Below, piece after piece: positions 48,110 through 60,984 of a stretch of 64,000 bases of DNA. The notes below the pieces were generated by a model. That model saw only the letters and a program-made list of their open reading frames with translations, was not told where the DNA came from and searched no databases. Positions within the stretch are counted from its first letter, which is position 1; each line of letters starts with the position of its first letter. Source of the DNA: Magallana gigas (lineage: Eukaryota); assembly GCF_963853765.1 (NCBI RefSeq), contig NC_088858.1:7006001-7070000 (forward strand). The letters are read 5' to 3'. A program made the translations under genes and the position numbers.

Positions 48110-51100
48110 GGTGTGGATGATATGAAGTAAGTTGTCACAAGAATATCACTTTCTTATGAATCAATTACACAAATAAACTTAGGCAACTTTGAATATCTAA
48201 GCAGTTTCAACCTTTCTGCACTGCAGTATGTGTATGGTTGTTCATAAAACATTTTTTTAATTTTATTTTTCTATCTATTTTCTAGAGATGCTGGAACTTC
48301 CATGTTTATCTATCAACAACACATACATTTTTGGGATGAACTCATCTAAGAGACCCGCCATTTTTGACGTTGACGTCCAATCCGTGGTCCACGCTTAGAC
48401 GGAGATGAAAGGTTGAGGACTGGAATATTGCTTGTTATAGTTTTTAATAAACCCAAAACAAAACTATACTATCGTTGCTTTTCTTTTTTGCTTACTTGAT
48501 GTTCAGATCAAAGTATTTATGAACCCATAAAATGGTTCATTATTCTTTTAACTCAATTTCAAATCGCATAAAATGATGGCATAAGGTAGCCGATTTTCAT
48601 ATACATATGTACACGTAATTGTGTTAAAATACCTAGAACCGCGAGGACGTGTACTGCGGTAATTTCATTGTTGAAGAACTGTTTCTTGGACACGTCTGAC
48701 CAAGACTTTATGGCGTTTGTATACAAGACTTTGTAACCAGTTTCACAGGCTTGAATGTAGTTAGTAGCTCTTCAAACACGGTTTATTTCTTAGATTTCAC
48801 GTCCAATTCCACATATTCTTATTTGGTAACCAAACTGCCTGTAACAGAAGCCTTAGATCTAAAAAATAATTATAAGATATTTACATTCAGAACACCCCAC
48901 GTATGAACCACGTATGGAATCACCAAAAGGTGGAGTTTATTTTAATTAAGCAAAATTAAAAATAACGGACTTCATTTACTGACGATGCAACCTCCAAACC
49001 CGTGAGAAACAACACACGAGGCTTTTTATTATTTGAATTAGCTCCAAATACTAGCCATTAAGTTTAAATGATAAAGTGACCTCCAAAACGTACTTTAATT
49101 TTTGATTTTGACAGCGAATTTAAGAAGATACAAAGAAGTTCACCCTAGCACAACGTACAATCGTTAACATTAAACCGAGTTTTCCCGCGTTAACTATCTG
49201 TGTTGTTATGGAGTCTCGCTGTTTTGGAAAAGAGATTGTTATCTGTGTAACCTGCTTGTAAATGCAGTCTAAAAAGAGAATTCATCAAATTCATCTCCGT
49301 TTTGTAAATTGTTATTTGTGTGACCTGATTGCAGATAGTGTCTTAAACATAACATAGTATAATAGAGCAAATTTTTACACGCCATATACATGTACAAGAA
49401 AAGGGTGCTTATGACATTTTTTGCACATTTTTAGATTTTTACATAATTGAATGAAACACATCTTAAAGTTGTCAAATCCAAAATTTTATGGCCATACGCT
49501 AATTCTAAGTAGAGTTTTTGCCCGTATACAGTGATGCTATTTCAATACAAAAATCACGACGTCGTGTTCACATACGCAACGTCAAGTAAATTAAGGTGAT
49601 CACACAGTACTGTGAATTAGCCGTTTAATAAACGTGAAATACAGCTTTTTGTTATCAGTATCTTATCACATTGTTGAATATAGTTGTATGCCTGCATCTA
49701 TGCTATTCATTTATTGGGCTTTTTTTAAATCATGAATAAAAATGTTTCTATCGACAGCGCAGTTCTCTGCCAGTGTAAGGTTATTATTCAAAAAATAAAA
49801 TGGCGGTTGTGTAGTTACGGTTTATTTTGGGATATCAACGAGTAACCAGTTATGGAGTATTCTATGTGAACATATTTGATTTACATAAACACTGTCTTTC
49901 CATCTAAACAATCAATAGCTATAATATATTAGTAGCTTTTGTTCTTAAACAACATATGCGATTTTCGTGACATTATCAAATATGTCATATTTTAGTCGTG
50001 AACTTTGAAAACAATATCAGAAGTTACGTATTATTCATGATCCATTGTACAACTTATTGATACAATTATAGTGGCAGCACTGAACTATTCTTTTGAAGTT
50101 TTAAGAATAGTTTCAGTATTAACCTGTACACTCACAAACACAATAAGAAAAATGAAAAATAAGTTAATTAATTATTAAGTTAACTAAGTTAATAAATAAA
50201 AAAAATAATTCTAGCACTGCCGGGATCATGCCCTTTACACCACTCCTTCTGTTCAAAAGATTTTTCCATTCGACTTTGTGCAGAATTTATGGAAAAGAGT
50301 GCCCCTTCCCTGGATCAAATGATATTCACCCCTTTCCAATACTGATAAAATTTCCCCTAATTTAAAATGGTATTTGTTTAGTGTATGTGGGATATTTTTA
50401 CTTTCCAATCGCTTGTAGGCACATTTTTTTTTCAAACTACTGTGATTGTTTTTCTACAATGCTTAAGCCCCTCCCCCCCCCCCCCCCCCCCCCTTACGCC
50501 TTTGCTTACACATTTTGGGCGTGCCCACACCTGAAGAATAACATCCAGAGGATTATTATCTGTGCGTGACTATCTTACAGCAAATATATAGGTTTAGTAT
50601 TATAGAGAAAACATGCAGTATGCAAAGATTGATTCCGTGTTTTGAATGTATATTTCACTATCGGTTTAAGACAACTATCAACTGTCGATTACCCATTATC
50701 TAAAGCTTATGCATGCATTTAAACACACCGTCAGTGCGCTGTATTCTAGCTATATCATTAGTCTCTATGTATCCTACATTCCAAAATCATTTGTAAATCT
50801 TACACACTTCATTAAAGCCTTATATAATTTTGTGAATTCGCTCCATCGACTAAAATAAATACTAAAATAAAAGTAAGGGCTACAGGTTTGAGCGGGATCA
50901 TGAAGCTGTCTGAATTCTCTAGCTCTTCCGTTATGGTCACAAGAAAATGAACACAAGTATTAAGATTGGTCTTGACGATTACAAAGTTATTGATTAATTA
51001 ATGCTGATCGAATTCAAAAATAAGTTCGGATATAAAACATGAGATAGGTTCAACGCTTTTAATATTAAACATGGTTTTTTTTATCGGTATTAAAGCACAT

Positions 51101-53083
51101 AATAGCGAGTCAATAATTTTATATATGGTAGTAACAATATGAGCTTTAATTATGATGTCAAACATTTTTAGCAATAAATTATCACTCACTATCACTAATT
51201 ATCACTAACTGTTTGGAATACTATTCCGAATTCTTGTGTCACCGTACATGTAGGTACTGGCACAATAACAGTTTCTCATTTTTTTTAAGCATACTGCGTG
51301 CGCTTAAAGAATCTTGATGTATTTTAAAAAAATCACGCAAAAACATAATGTACAAATGTTTATCTCCTTTTTTTGTTTGTAACGTACATTTAGAAGTATT
51401 ATGTGTTTATGTACAGTGTACATCTAAGCGATTTAATATTATTAAATCTGAAGAAATTTTGTTAGCGAACAGTTTTTTAGAAAGTCAGTTTCTTTAGCCC
51501 ATCAACGTTAACACTGGGGTGGGGGATATTGTCTTCATTGCGGTTAGTCAGCCATTCTTTCACTCATCGAATTCGACTCGCGTTATATATTTAAGGAATG
51601 AATTCAATATTTATTTGTTTTATACGATATAAAATGGTTTGGGGCAGTTTACGCTTTATAAACCGCGTAGGCAACATTCTTTATACGATATAAAATAATT
51701 TTTTAACCAATCAGAAAGTGCGTTACAACCAGAATTAAATTATTTATAAATATATACATATTTTAAAAGTTATTAACTAAGTTTAAAAATCTTTCGTATT
51801 CATGGTCGGATAAATGTGTCTATTTACCTAGTACATGGACCCAAATTTTTTACGACTTGTTTTTTGTTTGTTTGGTTTTTTTTTTAAATAAAACAGATTT
51901 GTCCTTTTAAATGAATCTTTAACAGAATTTTCTCTAATTCTATTTAGTTCATAAAATGACAACTGATTTAAAATTAGGGGTACCGCAGGGAACACGTTTC
52001 GCTTATGCAATACTCTCAGAATGCTTGTTATGTCTAATCATATGGGAATCGTCATTTACCACTTTATAACCAGGTGGGAACACAATTCCACCATGCAGTT
52101 AAAAAGTTAGCTGTAGAATGTAACTCTACGGGAAAATTTTACGCACCTGTCAACACGACTTTCCGTAGTACTAGACCTGGAGTTCTGCAGCTACATACTA
52201 CATGTAGGATATAGAGTACCGTTTACCGTTTATTGCATGATTTATCAACATAAAAATTGGATATTACACGCACACTTCTTTCCTTGAACAATCAATTAAA
52301 CCGATAATTTGCGTGTGTTCGAGTGGAACACTTTTTCAATTTTTTTTTACTTATCAGTTTTGGACCTTCTCTAAAAAACCAATATGGATTGTTATACGCC
52401 TGCACTGCTTATCAGTGAACAAATCAACAGATATATATGAGTGAAAGTAATGCCCTTGTTTGTGTATTGCTAAACTCATGTTTCTTGTCTAATCGGTGTC
52501 TTTTACAATTGTACATGTCTCGCCTGCAGCCAATAACACCTAATAATGCATGCAATCACGTCACTTGTAAGTGTTACGTAACCCGAATGACGTATAATTA
52601 CCCGATCGATATTCATCATAATCAAAACGATTGGTTGTAAAAGTGTTACCCAACTGATGAAATAATTGTTTGTTTATCTCAAAAACATATAAAGTACACC
52701 ACTTTTGTATATATTTATACTATTTGTCTATCTGACATATACTTGTAATAAATCAAGATAAATAAAATCTTATTTTTATCTTTCCCTTTAAAAATATAGA
52801 TAACGGTACAGTTTCAAAATGATGTATAGTTTTTAATGAAATTGTTATTATTCTCCTGACGTACATTTTTTGGTTAATTTTTGGCTCTGACAGAACCAGG
52901 AAGTTCCCTTGTTATAAACTTCACCCACAAAGACTTACAACACCGATCACGTGATAACAATGAAGTGGTCAGTTGAAGAGATCATTGTGACCTAACTGAC
53001 ACGTTTATAACGACTTGGACTCGTTAACAATATATTACGTAACTCAATGATTGGTTTACAGCCTTTTATTCTTTTATCACAGC

Positions 53084-53138
53084 TATATAAGTAAAGGTCT
53101 GAAGAGATGTGTTTTAATCAACATCAAGAAACAGCTTG
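53084..53138 (+). promoter_or_regulatory. TATA box and non-coding exon 1
   Basis: TATATAA at 53084-53090; donor TTG|GTAAGT at 53139; acceptor TTCAG at 53721, 6 nt before the ATG. Confidence 0.65.
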
Positions 53139-53727
53139 GTAAGTTACAGTTACAAGAAGTTGTCGTGTTCGATTAGGACACGATTGAGATACGATTCACG
53201 ACCGATTAAACCTGGATGTAGACTGTACTATACGATTATAATATGTTATGATTAAGAAAAATAACGTTCATTGAAAAAAAACCCCAAACTTGACAGTTTC
53301 TGGGTTCTTCCTAATGTTAAACTTAAAAGATTTCGATGGTCGTGGTCAGTTTTTAGACTTTTTTTATCTCCCTTAGAAGAAGAGCTCTGTGTAAAAAATG
53401 AAATACCCTACTTTAAAGAGGTTAAATATATGGAATTTTCTCTACAAATTAATAGTTTTAAGCTTCACAATCTTTAAATCTGAGGTAAATTTGAGGGTCA
53501 ATTTACTGACCATCCAGCCCCCTATAACACGTGCATCGTTTAAGCGGTATCTTCCACAAAGTGCCCACATAAACCGTATTATTGCTTTTACACTTGGTAT
53601 TAATTTCATAAAATTAAAACATAACTTATAATTTAAAACTACTTTTCTGCTTGGATATTGTTATGATTTTACATGCAATGATTTTAATTTAAGTAAACCT
53701 TTCCATGCTTTCTCAATTCAGATAATC

Positions 53728-53997
53728 ATGAAGAAACTCATTGCCACGTGTCTTCTACTATGTGTAGTGTCGTCTGCTCTCGGCCAGTTCCCAACGAACT
53801 TTTTCCCGGGATTTGGACCCGTGTTTGGACCTTTCGCTTCAGTGGGACTCCTTGACAGGATTACCGGTGGGCCTGGACTTCTCCCTAGAGTGATTAACGG
53901 ACCAATCGGAGGGGGATTCCCCACAGCTCTGGGTGCAGCCGGCTTATTCAGCGGTGGCAACGTGCCGTTCAATCTTGGTCTGCTTGCCATTGGTTGA
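53728..53997 (+). CDS. Secreted hydrophobic Gly/Pro/Phe/Leu-rich peptide, 89 aa
   Basis: MKKLIATCLLLCVVSSALG-QFPTNFFPGFGPVFG...LGLLAIG*. Signal peptide and cluster-type gene architecture. Confidence 0.85.
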   Translation: MKKLIATCLLLCVVSSALGQFPTNFFPGFGPVFGPFASVGLLDRITGGPGLLPRVINGPIGGGFPTALGAAGLFSGGNVPFNLGLLAIG

Positions 53998-54984
53998 CGC
54001 GACAGTGACGTCATAACCATGGACTTGTAAGAACTTGTGTCATACGTAGACAATCTAGACATTTACGTTTCCTACATCAGTTAAGCTATCGGAAGTAGCG
54101 TGTTGCTTGAAAAAGACAATATTATGGAAACAGAAGTATCACTTCACTGTTGATCATTGTCTCCGCATATATCATAATAAAGGTTGTCTTCGAAAAAAAG
54201 GGTATTTGTCTTTATACAAGTAATAGTCAGAGTAAAAATATGTGTACCCAGTTCAATAACCGTCCCCGATTTATTATATTGTCATATTTTCAAGAAGTAA
54301 TAGAATGCGTTTCACTTAAAAAAAGATTTTTTGAATGCGTCAATAATTCAGAAACAATAAGTCTATGTATATTGTTTGACTTAGGAAGTCTGAAAACTCG
54401 ATATCAAATGAAATGTTTTCCCTTCTTACATATACCAAAATCATGTTCTTTGCTTAAAGTTTAATCTGGTAACGCAGTTTAAAGTATGTTAACTTACGTA
54501 TCTACTGATTGGTGGTCAAATGAGTATGACTTTTTGAGTGTTGATTTTTCTAAATCATCGCGTGTCAGTGGTGTTACTGGTATTATAGTACATATACTTG
54601 TAAAGTAATAACCCACGGTATTGAACGTGTTTATGTTCTATCCAGCATTAAGAGTACGAAGAAATCTACTTCATGCAATCATATATAAAAATTCCCTATG
54701 AAAGTGTCACAAAAATATGCCCAATATCTAATCATAAAGTCACAAGTTGTTTGTATATATAAGAGTTTTTATTTTATTTTGTCCTTGTTTAAAACAAAAC
54801 AAAAACAGCCAGGAAAAAACCTGTAAAGAAAGAAACAGGACACATTATTAATATTGCGTATTCTTATATATATTGAATTGACTGTTTTTTAATGTAGTTT
54901 TTTAATATGCTCTGAGAATTCATCGTAATATTGAAGTCTTTTACAAAAGGAGCACGTGTTCATTGTAAGTCTTACCTATAATAT

Positions 54985-55883
54985 TTAATACATGGCACCG
55001 CTGGAACCTAAAGCATATCCTCCCTGGGAATAGGCGGATGCCCCGCTGTATCCAGCCTGGGGATAGGAAGATGCATATCCTGATTGGGCATAAGAAGCTT
55101 GGGGATAGGATGATGCTCCGGCATATCCTACTGAGGGATAGCTAGATGTTTGGTATCCTGTAAAAAGTGTAATGTAGAATTGAAGAATTATTTCATCATT
55201 CATTAGTGTTGCAAACGTGCTCGTGATGTTGACAAATACTAAGGCTTTTACTAAACACTGCATTTTATGATCCCATCACCAGTGTGGTTATTTTCTATAT
55301 CATCACCTGCTTTGTATAGTAGCTAACATGTATGTTTATCAAAAAAAAATCTGTTAGATTAAAATTGGAATTTTTCAATACCTGAAACCATAGGTACACC
55401 AATGGCGGAAGACTTTCCGTATCCGGTCATCTTTTTACCATATCCGCTCATCTTCTTTCCGTATCCACCGTACTTTTTCTTTCCATATCCGGATCCTCCC
55501 ATGCGTCCCCCAATCATACCGCCCATTCCTCCAAATCCGCCAGCACCCATTAAACCACCAGCGCTCATTAAACCACCAGCGCTCATTAAACCACCAGCGC
55601 TCATTCCTCCAATGAGAGGGACGCCTCCCATTCCTCCAAAAACTGGGCCACTTCCCATTCCGGGTCCTCCGATAATGATACCAAAGGAGTCGTCATCGAA
55701 GAAATCATCATCGTAAAAGTCATCGTCGAAGAATCCATCGTCGAAGTTTCCATCGTCAAAGAAACCATCATCAAAGAACCCATCATCCCCGCCAAACCCG
55801 ACGATAAATGGTCCCCTGCGCCACTGGGCGGAACAGCTGGCCAATACGACGGCAGCCAAGGTCAAGGTCAGGAAAGATTTCAT
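54985..55883 (-). CDS. Secreted block-copolymer protein 1, 224 aa (DDGFF acidic block, Gly/Met block, GYGKK block, Ser/Tyr/Gly/Ala tail): join(55883-55382, 55157-54985)
   Basis: MKSFLTLTLAAVVLASCSA-QWRRG...VPMVS|G|YQTSSYPSVGYAG...SSGAMY*. A phase-1 GT-AG intron joins two separate ORF-track ORFs. Confidence 0.88.
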
Positions 55884-56126
55884 GGTTTCTACAAGAATAC
55901 AGAACGTACATCTCAACGTAAAACAGAATACAAAATGTAGGGTATAAAAAAGGGTTTTTTTCAGTTTCAAACATCTCGTTTAGATTTAAAGTGAATAACA
56001 AAAACTACAATTGCTCAGAATTTTTTTCTTGATATATTCTTATTTCTACATGGTAAAGGTGCAACAATTTATGCTTTTAATAACTAAATCGTTTTAAACT
56101 CGCGCGAATGACATGCCACTACTTAC

Positions 56127-56177
56127 CTAGAGAGAAGAGACACTGGTACCTACCCACCGTTCGTTGGTCTATATAAA
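56127..56177 (-). promoter_or_regulatory. TATA-like box and non-coding exon 1 of block protein 1
   Basis: TTTATATAG on the minus strand at 56169-56177; donor CTAG|GTAAGT at 56126; acceptor 5 nt before the ATG. Confidence 0.6.
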
Positions 56178-58278
56178 GGGTTCCATGCTGTAACGTATAC
56201 GAACTGTTTGGCTTAGGGGTGTCGGGCAGACACGAACGTTATGCGTCGCTTACCAAACATGTCTGCCTATCGCTTCCTGGTCCAGAAAAAATCACAGCAG
56301 TTAGGAAATCCCCCTCATATGTAGGTATAGATAATTTGTTCTTGCATCTCTGGTATTTCAGGTTTTTAGTTCAATGCAATGACTAAACGGTGTAAAGCGG
56401 CGGCAAACAATATAAATTTAACGATACTGTAAAGGGGTCGCTGAACGAACACATCAGCGGGTATTATAATATTGGTTATCCAGGTCCAATTTATCACCTT
56501 TGTTATACAAATTTTTAAATATTGTTTTACCAGTGTTTTGCAACTTGAAAATCTGGTCTAAGATCACTCAGAATAAAAATTAATATTAATTGAAATTGTG
56601 CTGAAAATCAATTATTCATACCAATAAAAAATTTAAAAATAGGGATTTTGACAAATTATTTATTCATTCACTTCATTAAACATTACATTATTTTGTGCAA
56701 AGATCTGAAGCTGTACTTGTAAACAAGGACTTCATTTTGACTTCACATTTTATTTACACCCGTGTGGCAACGTACTTTGAAAAAATTGCCCACTTTAATT
56801 TTTTTCCAAAGTGCGTTAAGTGGTAAATTCAGGACGAAATCAACGCACTTTGAAAATTTTTCCAAAGTGCGTTAAATTTTGGACTAAGTTATCCCACTTT
56901 GATAATTATTTTCAAAGTGCATTATGAAGGTACATCAACATTTTTTAGGATTGAGACACTTCACTGACTTTGAAAAAATATGTATAAATCACAAAATAAC
57001 ACTAATGAATCTAATTTACCATCTTTAAGGACGGGGATGGGGACGGGGGTGGGGGTTATACCAAAGGGTTTGTTGTTTCACGGTGGGGAACATATTTCCA
57101 CAGACTAAAACATTTTCCAAAAATGTAAAGTTTCAAAATATAATTAAGAAATATAAATTAAAATGAAAATTTACTTTAATATCTAACGTAAACATGTGAT
57201 TATTAAATTTTTTATGCACATATCGGCCGCTAAATAATATTTTCCTCGCTCATAAAGACCGATTTCAATGAATTTTTTAAGACCCCGCGTTAGCAAAACT
57301 TTTGTTTAAAAATCGATAATTTGATAACAAATTATATATTGATATAAATTGATTAGGATTTGATTATACCTTTTAGTAGAAAACTTAGTTTTTGAATATC
57401 TGACAGAAATTCCGAAATATTTGGATGTAAAATGTAGGCGGGAAACGGGCGTTAGCGTTCGCAGTTCTTTATGCTCTAGCTCCTGTGAAATTTAAAGCCT
57501 TAAATTTTTAAAATAATTTGAAGAACTCCATGATTGATTATTTAAAACGCAAATAATGCACATGTTTTATGCCAAGATTTTCAGACATTGATAAAAAGTA
57601 ATCCGAACCTAATTTTTTTACATATGGGAATAGATTTTTGAATATTATTCATACTAGACTTCGTCACGATTGTGCACTAAATAATGATTTATTTCGATGT
57701 AATATTATCAACAGTCCACTCTGATCGTGTGGTAAGATCGAAGATACTTACCATTATTTTTTCACATGTAATAAATATAAAGATGCTAGAAATGTTCTAT
57801 TTAATGACGTTTTTCAAATTGTAAATCTTAACATTGTCAATACTCATGTTTTACTTTGGGGTGACAGTTCAATAACTGACAATGAAAACAAGAATTTATT
57901 TACATTAGTTTATAACTTTATCAAAAACACTGAAAGATTTAACTGATCTTATATCTACAAGCACACCGTTGTTAATTATATGCATGTCTATGCTATGTAT
58001 ACGTCCATTCTATCCACTGACCTTTATTATATTGTGTACACATATATTGTATTGTTATACTTTCATGTTAAATACTGAAGTCTGATTGGTTAAGACGCAG
58101 TTAATAATATTTACTATTACCCTCAGCGTTAGCAACGCACTTGGCAACGGGTAACATTAAAAAATGTTACATGCGCGAAAATTATGCGCGTACGGTTCGC
58201 TGTAGAATTCACGTTATTCCTATATAAAAGCAGTAAAATTTTCTTAAAATTTTTAAAAAAGACATTCAGTATAACAAA

Positions 58279-58421
58279 ATAAATAGTGCCTGTTTGGGAG
58301 GATAACAGTTGAAATTGACACCCCTCGAAAACCATTGTCAACCTCCGCTTCGCGTCGGTTGACAATGGTTTTCTCGGAGTGTCAATTTCAACTGTTACCC
58401 TCCCAAACAGGCACTATTTAT
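58279..58421. repeat. 143-bp near-perfect palindrome at the end of a ~370-bp repeat-like element (~58050-58421)
   Basis: ATAAATAGTGCCTGTTTGGGAGG..GACACCC..AAAACCATTGTCAACC / loop TCCGCTTCGCGTC / GGTTGACAATGGTTTT..CCTCCCAAACAGGCACTATTTAT. Confidence 0.75.
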
Positions 58422-60984
58422 ATATTATGTCTCTGTATTGGGAGAGGGCGGTCTAAGTTATGGAACTTGTGCCCAATCCCAATTGTATTTTTGTACAATA
58501 AAAATATGTTCAAATCAAATCAAATCAAATCAAGTAATCCGAACGATCCGGGTCATTTTTTTAGTGTTGAATATTGAGACCAATTGTGTCACGCTTGAAT
58601 AAAGACCCTAGTCTGTTGGAAATTGACCCGCATCGTAGAATTTTGATCACGAAACCGGTTCTAAATTCAACAGCAAATAAGCACACATAAATGAACACTT
58701 TTTTACAGTGTACATCTTTGATTTACTCATTTAAGAATAATTACAATTCATTCATGTTTATAGTTTTTTAGATTGATATGTTTAATAAACGGTCTCTCTA
58801 AAACATGAACCATTTCACTGATTATGTCTAGATTTATCATATTAACCTTTCATGTAGTAAAATATTTGAAATATAATAACACATATAAAGTTGAGAGTGC
58901 ATGTATATAATCGCTATGATTGCAATATTAATATTTGAAAATGATGTCTGTTATAAGATTAATTTCTGTCGATTAACATGGTTACACGTGTATCATTTCT
59001 TCTAAAAATAACCTTTTTTTTTTTACATATTTGCTGAAGGGTAGTAAATACAAAAATCTGTAATATATCATATTGTATAATTTTGTATTTACATTTACCT
59101 AGCAATTTGAAATTATCATATTGTAAATCGAAAAGTTTTTTTTGGTGGGTGTAAATACAAAATTTACAGTATAACATATTGTGAATTTTGATTTTAAAAC
59201 CACTAAGTCTATCTTAACTTTAATTATTTAAATATTTTATGTACATCCTCCCAGTAAATTTACAGCAAACTTTACAATACGACATATTTACACCTACTAG
59301 TAAACTTTACGATATGACAAATTGATACACTAACAGTAACCACTTTATTATTTATAATTTAAATACATGTACACGTGTATTTCGGAAACGTTTACTTAGT
59401 GGTTTTAGGCACGCTTCACGTACAATTTCATGCATATTCATTTCTGCACACATGTAACTGTCTAAATCCGTCTTGAATCTTATTTTTCATTAGTTTAGGC
59501 CATCCTTTGTATTTTTTATTAGTTGTTAAAGACTTTTTTTTTCCAAAATAGGGTCGGTGGGTCGAAATAAAAATTCGACATATTTTCATAAAAGTTATAA
59601 GTGTAATAGTAATACAAAAACCGACTCGCTTCCAGCACTAAATATTGATAACAAAATATTATCCTAAAAATTTACCCTTTGTTAAAATATCATTTTATCT
59701 ATTTTATATAATATGTTGATTTTTCTAGTGGATACATTGGTTTAGATAGATTCATTTACGGACACCACAAAAAATCCCCTCCCCCTAATTTCTGGAAAGG
59801 GTAGGTCGGTTTTGATAAACAACTAATAGAAATGGATTTATTTGGATAGTGTTATCATATGCTATTATAAATATGTGCAATAAAGAGAATTGAAAACATC
59901 GGGGGGGGGGGGGGGGGTTCTGGAAGAAAAATAATTTTGCATATTGGAATGTATAGCAACAGCTAGTTGCTGCCATTACCCAAACTCCATAATCATATCC
60001 TTAATTGGTTTATGAGATGTGATGGTATGCTAGACGCTGTTTTATTTTTTGATCAATATTGTTTTTATTCTTAATAAATATTTGAATGATACAATAAACA
60101 TAAAATAAAATTTACATAAATAATAGGTATATAAATACACAATATACATACAAGGAATAAAACATTCATGTTAATATATAGATATAATGAAAGTATACAC
60201 TATTTGTATTATAAATAATTATACCTTGATCTCAGGTGGAGAGAGCTAATATAGGCTATTTTTGCCCGCTGTTCAATCCATATTCACTTATATACTTTAT
60301 AGAGAGCAGACAATGTTTAATAAAACGTTAACAGAGATAATGATTCCATCTAGTGTAAGATTTTAGTTTTTAATGAATATACGCAATCATGTAACACGAA
60401 CCTATTCTTCCTGTACAAATACATATAACTGGTGTTGGGCACACATGTCCAGAATAAGTTACTGAACTTGACCACCTTCTTTCTACACAAATATATAATT
60501 AATATACTTATATAATTTTCAGAATATTGAATTTCTCAACTAGATATGTCAATATGGCATACTGCTTAAATTTTGGTTTTTTTTTTTAAAATTACTTATT
60601 CACTTACTTTGCACATTCTATGTAGTAATAAAATTCGCCAGCAACAAAGGTTTTATTATCTTATAACAAACTCTCAAACTTCTCTGAAATAAGTGTGCAG
60701 CGATCAGAAAGATTTTGCTTAAGAAAACTTATATCACATCTCTAATATAGGTTAAAAATATAGCTACATCCACATATATATAAAACTAAACAAACTAGGA
60801 TCACTCGTGTGACATCTTAAACTATATATACTGGGTTCCTCCGACACACATACAAATGTATATATTATTTTGGCATAAGAGTTTAAATGGAGAAGAATCT
60901 TTGTCAAAATCTACAATAAAGGATTTTTCATCATATCAAGCCTGATGAAAGAAGAAGGGAGAAGGATACTCAGGCATAGCCAGC

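Noticed and set aside
50205-50250. Short tRNA/SINE-like fragment on the minus strand (GTGGTGTA...GATCCCGGC)
   Set aside because: Too short and degenerate to fold a cloverleaf or support an RNA gene.
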